Assembly (NCBI GenBank): GCA_034530875.2
Contig: JAVRCJ020000009.1
Span: forward strand, 64,001-128,000
DNA length: 64,000 nt
Direction of reading: 5' to 3'
DNA from: Nostoc sp. DedSLP01
Lineage (GTDB): Bacteria > Cyanobacteriota > Cyanobacteriia > Cyanobacteriales > Nostocaceae
Positions within the stretch are counted from its first letter, which is position 1. The number at the start of each line of letters is the position of its first letter. The position numbers and the translations under genes were made by a program. Shown in pieces: positions 42,556 through 50,863 of this stretch. The notes below the pieces were generated by a model. That model was not told where the DNA came from, did no database searches, and saw only the letters and a program-made list of their open reading frames with translations.

Positions 42556-43947
42556 ATGAGTACAACTTACAACTTCCCTCATGGCCCTCAAATATCGCGC
42601 TGGCTGCGAATGTTCAAGTTTATTACTCAGCCTGTAAAATATGTCGATGATTTTGCCAAAATCTATGGCGATACTTTCTCAATCAAGAGTAATCGCTCTA
42701 ATAATGCAATTGTTTACTTTAGTAAACCAGAAGCACTGGAGCAGATTTTTACAGCTGATTTGAGTTCTTTTGAGGTAGGCAGGGGGAATAGCGAGCTAAT
42801 ATTTTTACTTGGCGATCGCTCTTTTATATTAAGCGATGGCGAGCCTCACCAACGGCAACGGCAATTATTAGCTCCTCCTTTTCATGGTGAAAGAATGCGG
42901 GCTTACGGCGAGGATATCCGTCAAATAACGCGACAGGTGACTCAAAAATGGCAAATGGGCAAGCCTTTTAAGATTCGTGAGTCAATGCAAGAAATTACTT
43001 TGCGTGTTATTTTGCGGGTTGTGTTTGGTTTGGAAGAAGGAGAGAGGTTTGAGGAATTAAGGCGATCGCTAAGTAATTTACTAGAATTCATCAGTTCCCC
43101 TTTAATGTCCAGCACCTTCTTCTTCAGGTTCATGCAAAAAGATTTCGGTACTTGGAGTCCCTGGGGTTGGATTCTCCAAGAAAAAGAAAAAATCGACCGA
43201 TTTATTTATACTCTGCTTCGGGAACGTCGCGCCGAATCTCATCAAAATCGCCAAGATATCCTCAGTTTGATGATGGCTGCTCGTTATGACGATGGTCAAG
43301 GGATGTCAGATCGAGAATTACACGACCAGTTAATGACACTCTTAGTTGCAGGACATGAAACTACTGCTTCGGCGTTGATATGGGCTTTTTACTGGATTGA
43401 TTATTTACCAGAGGTGCGTGAAAAGTTATTACGGGAACTCGAAACTGTTGATGGTAACTCAGATTTGAGTACCATTGCTAAATTGCCCTATTTAACAGCA
43501 GTTTGCCAAGAAACATTGCGAATTTATCCAATTGCGATGAATGCTTTCTTGCGGATTACAAAAAACCCAATTGAAATTACGGGCTACAAATTGCCACCGG
43601 GTACGCTAATTATTCCCAGTATTTATTTAGCCCATCACCGCGAAGAAGTTTATCCACAATCCAAACAATTCAAACCAGAAAGATTTTTAGAAAGACAGTA
43701 TTCACCTTATGAATATTTACCATTTGGTGGCGGTAATCGTCGCTGTATCGGTATGGCATTTGCCCAGTATGAAATGAAAATTGTCTTAGCAACTGTTTTG
43801 GCAGAATTTCAACTATCGCTAGTCAACAAACGTCCCGTGCATCCAGTACGCCGTGGTTTAACTGTCGCTGCACCTGCGGGAATGAAGATGATTGCAAAGC
43901 CGCAAGTTAAGCGTGCGAATACAATTGCCGCCTCTAATTTAGATTGA
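42556..43947 (+). CDS. Cytochrome P450 (CYP110-like)
   Basis: AGHETT, ETLR, PERF, PFGGGNRRCIG. Confidence 0.96.
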   Translation: MSTTYNFPHGPQISRWLRMFKFITQPVKYVDDFAKIYGDTFSIKSNRSNNAIVYFSKPEALEQIFTADLSSFEVGRGNSELIFLLGDRSFILSDGEPHQRQRQLLAPPFHGERMRAYGEDIRQITRQVTQKWQMGKPFKIRESMQEITLRVILRVVFGLEEGERFEELRRSLSNLLEFISSPLMSSTFFFRFMQKDFGTWSPWGWILQEKEKIDRFIYTLLRERRAESHQNRQDILSLMMAARYDDGQGMSDRELHDQLMTLLVAGHETTASALIWAFYWIDYLPEVREKLLRELETVDGNSDLSTIAKLPYLTAVCQETLRIYPIAMNAFLRITKNPIEITGYKLPPGTLIIPSIYLAHHREEVYPQSKQFKPERFLERQYSPYEYLPFGGGNRRCIGMAFAQYEMKIVLATVLAEFQLSLVNKRPVHPVRRGLTVAAPAGMKMIAKPQVKRANTIAASNLD

Positions 43948-43978
43948 TATAGTTAAGTGAAACTATGCTCAAAGCAAT

Positions 43979-44772
43979 CGCTTTTTTTATCTAATAACAT
44001 GGGCAGATTAAATAATAGTTGGGATAACTATTGTGTACGCTACTTAGCAGCGTTGGGAACTGATTTGGCTGATGAAACTCTGAAAAATTTATGGTCTGAA
44101 ACTAGACAGCATTTTTTAAGTGCATCTGAAGAAGATATCAATTGGTTTATACAAGCACTTGAAGATGAACAACGTAAATTGTTTGTTGTATTCATGGCGA
44201 ACAAAGTAACTAAATCTGCTCCAAAACATCTTAAAGAGGTGCTATTTTATCCTCTAATTCGTGCTGCTATCTATGAAAGAAATCCCAGTTTGAATCGTTC
44301 ATTTGTAGAGCCATGTGTTATTGCTTTCGGTCATCGTCTTGTCAATGAAGCTTTGCTAGAGTTTGTTGAGCATGGGTCAAATTTCGAGAAAGCAGGGGCA
44401 ATAAACGCATTGTATTGGGCACAGGTTCCCTTACGCTTTGATGGAAAAGTGCCCAGCTTTAGCAAAGAGTACGCAACACCAGAGTCGCAGGCAGCTTATG
44501 ATGCTTTAGCTGATATTCACCTACGCAAACGCTGCCTGTTTCTAACAGAGTTCGTTAAAAATTATAGTGTCGAAGTTTCTCGCAGTATTATTCCTAGTCT
44601 TATACTAGATCCATTACTTTATCCCGATGAACTTAAACATCTTATACCAAAAGCTATTGCGATCGCTAAAACTCATACTGATAGTTATATTAGTCATCGT
44701 ATCGAGGTGCAGTTAGGAACAGAAAGTCTACTCCAGCCATTACCCCTGCGAGATTCCAACCATCAAACCTGA
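43979..44772 (+). CDS. Hypothetical alpha-helical protein
   Basis: Long ORF; ATG MGRLNN at 43979 more likely than GTG 43957. Confidence 0.75.
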
Positions 44773-44786
44773 AAACTTAACTGAAG

Positions 44787-45383
44787 TTACTCTGAAGGAG
44801 ATTGAATTTCTTGCATAGAAGCAAGTTTTTCATAATGTTCTTTGTTGCGATATTTAATTGTTCTCATAGGTTGATTTCCCACAATTGCTAAAGGTTCAAT
44901 ATTAGCAGTTACAACCGTACCAGCCGCCACAATTGCACCATCTCCAATGGAAACTCCGGGAATAATTAGGACATTTCCACCAATCCAAACATTGCGACCG
45001 ATAACAACAGGTTTATGAATGTAAACGTTATGTTCGTAAGGCAGATCGTTACTTTGGTAGTCGTGATTTGCAGAGAGAATCACAACATTAAATCCGAGTG
45101 TTGTGTTATCGCCAATTGTGATGCCGCCACGTCCATCTAATATGACATCTTGTCCAATGTAGACTTTATTTCCTAGAGATACATTTTGCGGGTGTTCAAT
45201 TTTCAAGTCTCGCTTGAACCGTAAACCTGAACCACAAAATTTTAACTGACTCTTCAGTTGTTGGTGCTTATATCGCCTAATTTTAGTTTCTACGTATTCT
45301 TGCCACTTTACGACGCGAGCTACTAACCGTTGTTCAAATACTTGCTCTAATTTATTTTTAATTTTATCTTTGATTTGTTTCAT
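44787..45383 (-). CDS. Hexapeptide-repeat O-acetyltransferase
   Basis: Left-handed beta-helix repeats, SANHDY, IGRNVWIG, IGDGAIV. Confidence 0.92.
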   Translation of the reverse strand: MKQIKDKIKNKLEQVFEQRLVARVVKWQEYVETKIRRYKHQQLKSQLKFCGSGLRFKRDLKIEHPQNVSLGNKVYIGQDVILDGRGGITIGDNTTLGFNVVILSANHDYQSNDLPYEHNVYIHKPVVIGRNVWIGGNVLIIPGVSIGDGAIVAAGTVVTANIEPLAIVGNQPMRTIKYRNKEHYEKLASMQEIQSPSE

Positions 45384-45714
45384 AAAACCTCATGGAAGTT
45401 TAGCAAAGCTTTAGTTTTAATCCAGGAAAGGAAAATGACGCGGATAATTTAGTAGACTTACATTTATTAGGTTTCCCTAATGGGATGGCAAAATCAAATC
45501 AAATTATGTGAAGAAAAACAAACAAGATTAAAACTTTTATTCAATTCTATGCGATCGCTACGTCATTTCTCATGTCTACAAGATGCTAGGCGATCGCAAT
45601 GACACTTATTCTCTTTGATCGGGCAGTGATGTATAAAGTTAATAGAAAGTTTCTGCAAATGTGTAGAAATATCCCTTTCACCAAGCAGTGATGTATTAAT
45701 CTAATCGAAATAGT

Positions 45715-45957
45715 ATGAAAAGTATAGAAACAATTGCCACAGTTACCAAAGATGGTAAGATTACAGCGCAGTTACCATTGGATATTCCAGAAGGTGAGCA
45801 TCAGGTGGTAATAGTAATTGATGAAAAGCCTTTGACACATAAAGCAGAGAGCAAACAAAAACGTCCTCCTCTAAACTTTCCCGTGCATGATTGTGGACTT
45901 TGGCCTAAAAATCTTTCTTTAAGACGTGAGGATATGTATGGTGATTGGGGACGGTAA
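45715..45957 (+). CDS. Putative antitoxin
   Basis: 80 aa, overlaps PIN gene; C-terminal LSLRREDMY typical of PIN antitoxins. Confidence 0.75.
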   Translation: MKSIETIATVTKDGKITAQLPLDIPEGEHQVVIVIDEKPLTHKAESKQKRPPLNFPVHDCGLWPKNLSLRREDMYGDWGR

Positions 45958-46390
45958 TCCTGTTTTCCTAGACACAAATATCCTAGTGTACGCTAGTCAG
46001 ATTCAGTCCCCATTTCACCAAGCTGCTATCGAGGCTATCCAAGGTTTTTATGATGTGGGGGTTGATTTGTGGATTAGCCGACAAGTATTGCGGGAATATT
46101 TGGCTACTCTTACGCGTCCGCAACAATTTACCAACCCACTACCCATTGCAATAATAATTCAGGATCTCCGCTATTTCTATAACCGCTTTCGGGTGGCTGA
46201 AGATAGTTCTCAGGTGACAGAAAGGTTACTAACACTTATGGAGGAAATTCCTAGCGGTGGTAGGCAAGTTCATGATGCAAATATTGTCGCTACCATGCTA
46301 GTTTATGGCATTCCTCAATTACTTACTCACAACACAGGTGATTTTGCAAGATTTTCGGGATTAATTACTGTGTTGCCATTACAAAATTAA
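45938..46390 (+). CDS. PIN-domain (VapC-like) toxin
   Basis: FLDTNILVY, QVLREY, VHDANIVATM, THNTGDF. Confidence 0.92.
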   Translation: MVIGDGNPVFLDTNILVYASQIQSPFHQAAIEAIQGFYDVGVDLWISRQVLREYLATLTRPQQFTNPLPIAIIIQDLRYFYNRFRVAEDSSQVTERLLTLMEEIPSGGRQVHDANIVATMLVYGIPQLLTHNTGDFARFSGLITVLPLQN

Positions 46391-46415
46391 GCTGCTTGGT
46401 ATTTTGCAATCCCAC

Positions 46416-47111
46416 TTACCAACCCCAAACACTCCTGCGTTCCCAATATTCGACAACTCTTTTTTCCCACTGTTGCCAGTAATCTTGAATTGCTGCTGGT
46501 TCAAACCAAAAAACCTCAGCTGGCATCTCTGGAATTGCAACTACCAACAAAGCATGATTTAGCTGAATGCCATAATCTCGATAATAGTTGTTAATTGCTC
46601 CAATGTAAGCTGTAAGTTGTAGTGGATGTTCGTATAAATGCGCGATTGAACCTTTAGGTTTATCTGCTGTTTTCCACTCGCAAATACAGGGAATGCCTTG
46701 ATAACTGGCAATACAATCGACTTTGCCAGAATAGCTCAAATCGTAATGAAAAACCGAGCCTTCTACGAGTCTCACTGTGTCGATTTCTTCTAAAACTGGC
46801 TTAATACTTTCCCAGTAAGGGCGACTGCCTTCAGGACAAACAGGATTTTGCCCAAGGAGGTAGCGCTCAATTTGTTTGTGTGTTTGGGTTCCCCGACGAC
46901 TGGCGTTTGTAGATATGCGGGTGGCTTCTTCTGTTCCTACACGCGCTTTCCAATTTAATAATCTGTCTCTATCTTCTTGGGGTTTGGTGACATTAAGTAT
47001 TGTAGTGACGCTAGAAAAGCGGTTTCCCTTGGCATCTATATAATATTGTTTGCCATTTTCCCTCAGGGATTTACTATTAATTCGAGGTAGCAGTTGGGTA
47101 TTAAATTGCAT
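46416..47111 (-). CDS. PD-(D/E)XK exonuclease (MGME1/phage-exonuclease-like)
   Basis: SVTTIL, RGTQTHKQIE, GKVDCIA, EWKT, QLTAY; the ORF extension to 47195 lies in a repeat. Confidence 0.8.
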   Translation of the reverse strand: MQFNTQLLPRINSKSLRENGKQYYIDAKGNRFSSVTTILNVTKPQEDRDRLLNWKARVGTEEATRISTNASRRGTQTHKQIERYLLGQNPVCPEGSRPYWESIKPVLEEIDTVRLVEGSVFHYDLSYSGKVDCIASYQGIPCICEWKTADKPKGSIAHLYEHPLQLTAYIGAINNYYRDYGIQLNHALLVVAIPEMPAEVFWFEPAAIQDYWQQWEKRVVEYWERRSVWGW

Positions 47112-47135
47112 TTGTAATTCGTAACTAATTGCGTT

Positions 47136-47225
47136 GTCACCCCCCTTAGTCCCCCTTGTAAAGAGGGGAAACAAGAAAAATCTGGTTCCCTCCATTTACA
47201 AGGAGAGGGTTAGGGAGGGGTAAAA
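47136..47225. repeat. G/C-run palindromic MITE-like repeat
   Basis: CCCCCTTAGTCCCCCTTGTAAAGAGGGG...GGAGAGGGTTAGGGAGGGG; related core at 60187-60231. Confidence 0.55.
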
Positions 47226-47309
47226 AATATTTGATACATCAATTATGACTTGTCAAAGATCCTTTTAGAAATTGCAGTTCACCTTGCACGCAAGCAAAAC
47301 TTTGGGTAA

Positions 47310-47537
47310 TCACTTTTGTTCTAGTTGTGCTAATGCTTCATCTATATTCAGAGGTATTTCATATTTTACTGCCTTCATCGCTAAGATAATTCCTTCATTT
47401 TCAATAATTTCTAGCAAGTGTAGATAGTCATCAAAATCTATGACTACTTTGCGGATATTACCTTCCATATCAGTAATCATTTCTTGAGCAAAAGGGTATT
47501 TATAAGTTTGCATTTGGGTTGTGATTTTAGTAGTCAT
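47310..47537 (-). CDS. Small antitoxin-like protein without an adjacent toxin
   Basis: ITDMEGNIRKVVIDFDDY.HLLEIIE resembles RelE-associated antitoxins. Confidence 0.6.
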   Translation of the reverse strand: MTTKITTQMQTYKYPFAQEMITDMEGNIRKVVIDFDDYLHLLEIIENEGIILAMKAVKYEIPLNIDEALAQLEQK

Positions 47538-47701
47538 ACTATGACTTTAGCGTTAATAGATATAGTATGGCTTTAGCAAATCTATAGGAATCTAATTTAA
47601 TTAATTAAAAAATCTACGTCCAGACTTGACAGCAAGCCAAACAATGTAGCAAGATGCATTTAAGTCCCTTTCGTCCCACATATCGAAGTGGGTAGGAGGC
47701 A

Positions 47702-49447
47702 ATGCATGATTGGCAGTATTTCTTTAACCACGATCGCAGCAATCTAAATCAAGGCACTTACCGCATCTTTGAACCAGAGTGGAAAGCAGAGATTCTCCAC
47801 TGGTTCAGCAAAGAAGATGTAGCTAGAGAGCAAAAAGAAGATTTTATCCAAGCATTAATAGATTTTGATGACGGATGCGGCGATTTTTATCGTTATCGCG
47901 CCTATTTTCTAGCGGCTGAGGCTTTGGCTAAGTTCCCAGAATGCAGTCACGGTGATGCAATTGTAGAACGACTTCTCAAATGGAGTTACGCGTATTTTCG
48001 CCAGGATAAGCGAGATTGGCAGATAGTACCAAAACCATTGGTGAAGACTGCTAGAAAAACGCTGGAATTAACTGATAGAAAACGGGTTATTGCGGCTTTT
48101 GTTCATTTGGTTCATACGACTGAAAGTCGCACAGTTCTTAGACTTGCAGCCGAGAAATTAGGAAAACTCGATCCCGGTAATAAAAGTGCGATCGCAGCTT
48201 TGTTACTGTTAATGCAGCAAGCTAAATTTGTCCCTTGGGGTGAAATTAGTAGCTTGGGAAAAATTGGCTACAACAATGAAACTGTAATCAGTGCTTTAAT
48301 CAAATTTATCAAAATGAAGCCTGATGAAATTATAAATTACTGGTTGACTAAGCCTGATGAGATTACAAATTACTGGTTGACTTTAGAAGACATATATCAG
48401 AGTGCGATTACAGCTTTAGGAAACATAGCTTATGGGAATGAAATTGCGATCGCTAGCCTAATTGATTTCATCCAAAGATACAAAGATGACGTGATTTCTT
48501 TACACGCAGCTAAGGCATTGTGGGACATCGATCCAGGTAATGCAATAGCGTTAAGTACTTTAGTCCAGATTCTCGAAACTACCAAGACTCCATCTTTGAT
48601 CGATATGTCTGTCGCATATCTAATGGCAATTGACCCAGGTAACAAAGCTGCAATTACCATTTTAGCTGAGAGAATTAAAACTACTGAAAATGAATTTTTT
48701 CGTTGTAGGGCTGCTTTACGTCTAAGAGAATTAGATTTAGGTAATAGGGTAGCAATTACCACCCCACCTTTGACATTGCTAACACCAGTTGTTGAAAATA
48801 AACAAATATTCTGTCAGACAAGTCAAAATTTTGAGGAAATACCAGTTGGTGATGAAACTGCGATCGCTTCATTAATTCAAATTATAGAGACAACACTCTT
48901 CAAGGAAATTTGTTTTTTTGCAATAATAGATTTGGGAAAAATTGCTGTAGGCAATCCAACTGCGATCGCCTCTTTGATAAAATTTTTGCAGATTAACCAG
49001 GGTGATACAATCTGCTTTAATGCAGCTCAGGCTTTATGGCAAATCGATCCAGGTAATTCAGTTGCACTCAAGAGTCTAGCCTATATCCTCGAAACTTCTG
49101 CAAGTGCATCTTTTATAAATCGTGTTGTAACATATTTACTGAAAATCGATCCAGAAAGTAAAACTGGAATCGCTATAGGTAATAAAGTGGCTATCACAAC
49201 ATTATCCCAGATACTTGAAACTACTCAGTATCAAGCTTATGAGGATGAATATCTTTTAGATATTGCAGAAACCTTAACAAACATCCTCCAAAGCGAACAT
49301 TTACTCGAAGTTGTCATAGCCTTAAAAGACTATCTGAGCGAACCATATTATAAAAACAGTTCATATCGCTACGATGCTGTATTTAACATTATCTGGCATT
49401 GTGCCGAGAATATGACTTACCCAAACTTCTACAAAGCAATGAACTAA
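47702..49447 (+). CDS. HEAT-repeat protein
   Basis: Repeated AAxxLxxIDPGNxxAIxxL units; AGGAGG upstream of ATG. Confidence 0.85.
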   Translation: MHDWQYFFNHDRSNLNQGTYRIFEPEWKAEILHWFSKEDVAREQKEDFIQALIDFDDGCGDFYRYRAYFLAAEALAKFPECSHGDAIVERLLKWSYAYFRQDKRDWQIVPKPLVKTARKTLELTDRKRVIAAFVHLVHTTESRTVLRLAAEKLGKLDPGNKSAIAALLLLMQQAKFVPWGEISSLGKIGYNNETVISALIKFIKMKPDEIINYWLTKPDEITNYWLTLEDIYQSAITALGNIAYGNEIAIASLIDFIQRYKDDVISLHAAKALWDIDPGNAIALSTLVQILETTKTPSLIDMSVAYLMAIDPGNKAAITILAERIKTTENEFFRCRAALRLRELDLGNRVAITTPPLTLLTPVVENKQIFCQTSQNFEEIPVGDETAIASLIQIIETTLFKEICFFAIIDLGKIAVGNPTAIASLIKFLQINQGDTICFNAAQALWQIDPGNSVALKSLAYILETSASASFINRVVTYLLKIDPESKTGIAIGNKVAITTLSQILETTQYQAYEDEYLLDIAETLTNILQSEHLLEVVIALKDYLSEPYYKNSSYRYDAVFNIIWHCAENMTYPNFYKAMN

Positions 49448-49614
49448 ACAATAAGCGCAGAGTTATTCCTCTTCCTCCGCGAACCTCTGCGCTTTCCTTA
49501 GCGTTCCTTTGCGTTAAAAAACAATCTCCTCTCCGCTGTTCCAACGATTCCAACACAGCGATCGCTCCACCTCAATTGTAGAATGATGAGCGATCGCCAA
49601 TTGCAAAATAAGTA

Positions 49615-50004
49615 TTATTCAAGTAAATCAAATCCCTGTTCGCTTCTTAACTTTCTGTCAAAAGTTACTGTTGAACTACAACCATTATGTTGAGCGATTG
49701 CGCCAATTAAATAGTCGGAGAAATCTGCCTTCCCCTGCTTAAATCGCTGTAATGCTTGATAAACTAAAGAGCGATTTTCTAACTCAAACACTGAACATTG
49801 CAACATTAACTCTATAGTGTTGCTAATTTCTTCCTTACTAAATTCATAAGGCTTTCCCTGTAAAACCCAAACCAACTCACAAATAACTATATTCGCTACA
49901 AAACGTTGCTCTCCCGCTTCGATGATTTCAGCAGCCTGTTTCCACTGATTTTCATCATCTTTTGTGAGGTATCGCACTAAAATATTTGTATCAACTCCAA
50001 TCAC
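49615..50004 (-). CDS. vapC: VapC-family PIN toxin
   Basis: GVDTNILVRY, ELVWVL, ADFSDYLI, TFDRK. Confidence 0.92.
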   Translation of the reverse strand: MIGVDTNILVRYLTKDDENQWKQAAEIIEAGEQRFVANIVICELVWVLQGKPYEFSKEEISNTIELMLQCSVFELENRSLVYQALQRFKQGKADFSDYLIGAIAQHNGCSSTVTFDRKLRSEQGFDLLE

Positions 50005-50236
50005 TTGCGCCTTCTTGGATTGCTGCTTCCATTTCTTCTAAAGTTGCACTTTTCATCGCCGGACGATGTAAAATGCCGGACAAGGTTTGAACAGGAACAT
50101 TGAGTGGAATTAGTTTAACTGTCCCATTTTCATCAATGACAAAATCAACCTTACTACCTATATCAAGATTAAGATAATCCCGAATTTCTTTAGGAATAAT
50201 TACTTCTCCTTTAGTGGTGATGGTGACGCTAGCCAT
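49991..50236 (-). CDS. vapB: AbrB/MazE/VapB-family antitoxin
   Basis: TITTKGEVIIPKEIRDYL swapped-hairpin motif; overlaps vapC. Confidence 0.9.
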   Translation of the reverse strand: MASVTITTKGEVIIPKEIRDYLNLDIGSKVDFVIDENGTVKLIPLNVPVQTLSGILHRPAMKSATLEEMEAAIQEGASDWS

Positions 50237-50400
50237 TACGTTTCCTTACATAAATTATTTACTTAAATATAACGTTTCTTAGCAAATCAACACAGCGATC
50301 GCTAGCCTAATTGATTATAGACGCAAACACTGCATCAGCTTGTTATTAAGTAGAGTCTTCTCTCTGCGTTCCTTTGCGCTTACCTTTGCGTCCCTTTGCG

Positions 50401-50829
50401 TTAAAAAACAATCTCCTCACTCATCCTCTCTTCCAACAATTCCAACAACTCATCCACATCCTTCCCAACTTGCTCAAAACAAATCGCTGGCGCAGGTTCC
50501 GGTGCAAACTGAATTAACTTAATTTCACCCTTGCCAATACCAATCATCACAACTTCTACTTCCGGCTTATGATTCTCAATAATTCCCAAAATCTCTTGCA
50601 GCCGATTTTCAACTTTATTATTTAAATTTTCAATCTGTTCTTGAGGACAATAAACAAAATGCGGCGTAGGTTGCAAATCAATGCCGATAGTACCTTGGCT
50701 ATCACCATTTGCTAACCATAATCCCCAAAAAAGCGCCGCCAATTCTTTTTGATTTGCTTTGACAAATTTATCCAACTGGCGACGCCACTTGTTATCTGCT
50801 GTTTCGGGTTGAGGACTACTAAAAATCAT
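50401..50829 (-). CDS. ccmS: Beta-carboxysome assembly chaperone CcmS
   Basis: WRRQLDKFVK...LAALFWGL...GIDLQPTPHFVYC motif as recalled for CcmS. Confidence 0.75.
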   Translation of the reverse strand: MIFSSPQPETADNKWRRQLDKFVKANQKELAALFWGLWLANGDSQGTIGIDLQPTPHFVYCPQEQIENLNNKVENRLQEILGIIENHKPEVEVVMIGIGKGEIKLIQFAPEPAPAICFEQVGKDVDELLELLEERMSEEIVF

Positions 50830-50863
50830 AAATAATTCGTAATTAAGAAAGAAGGGGTGATAT

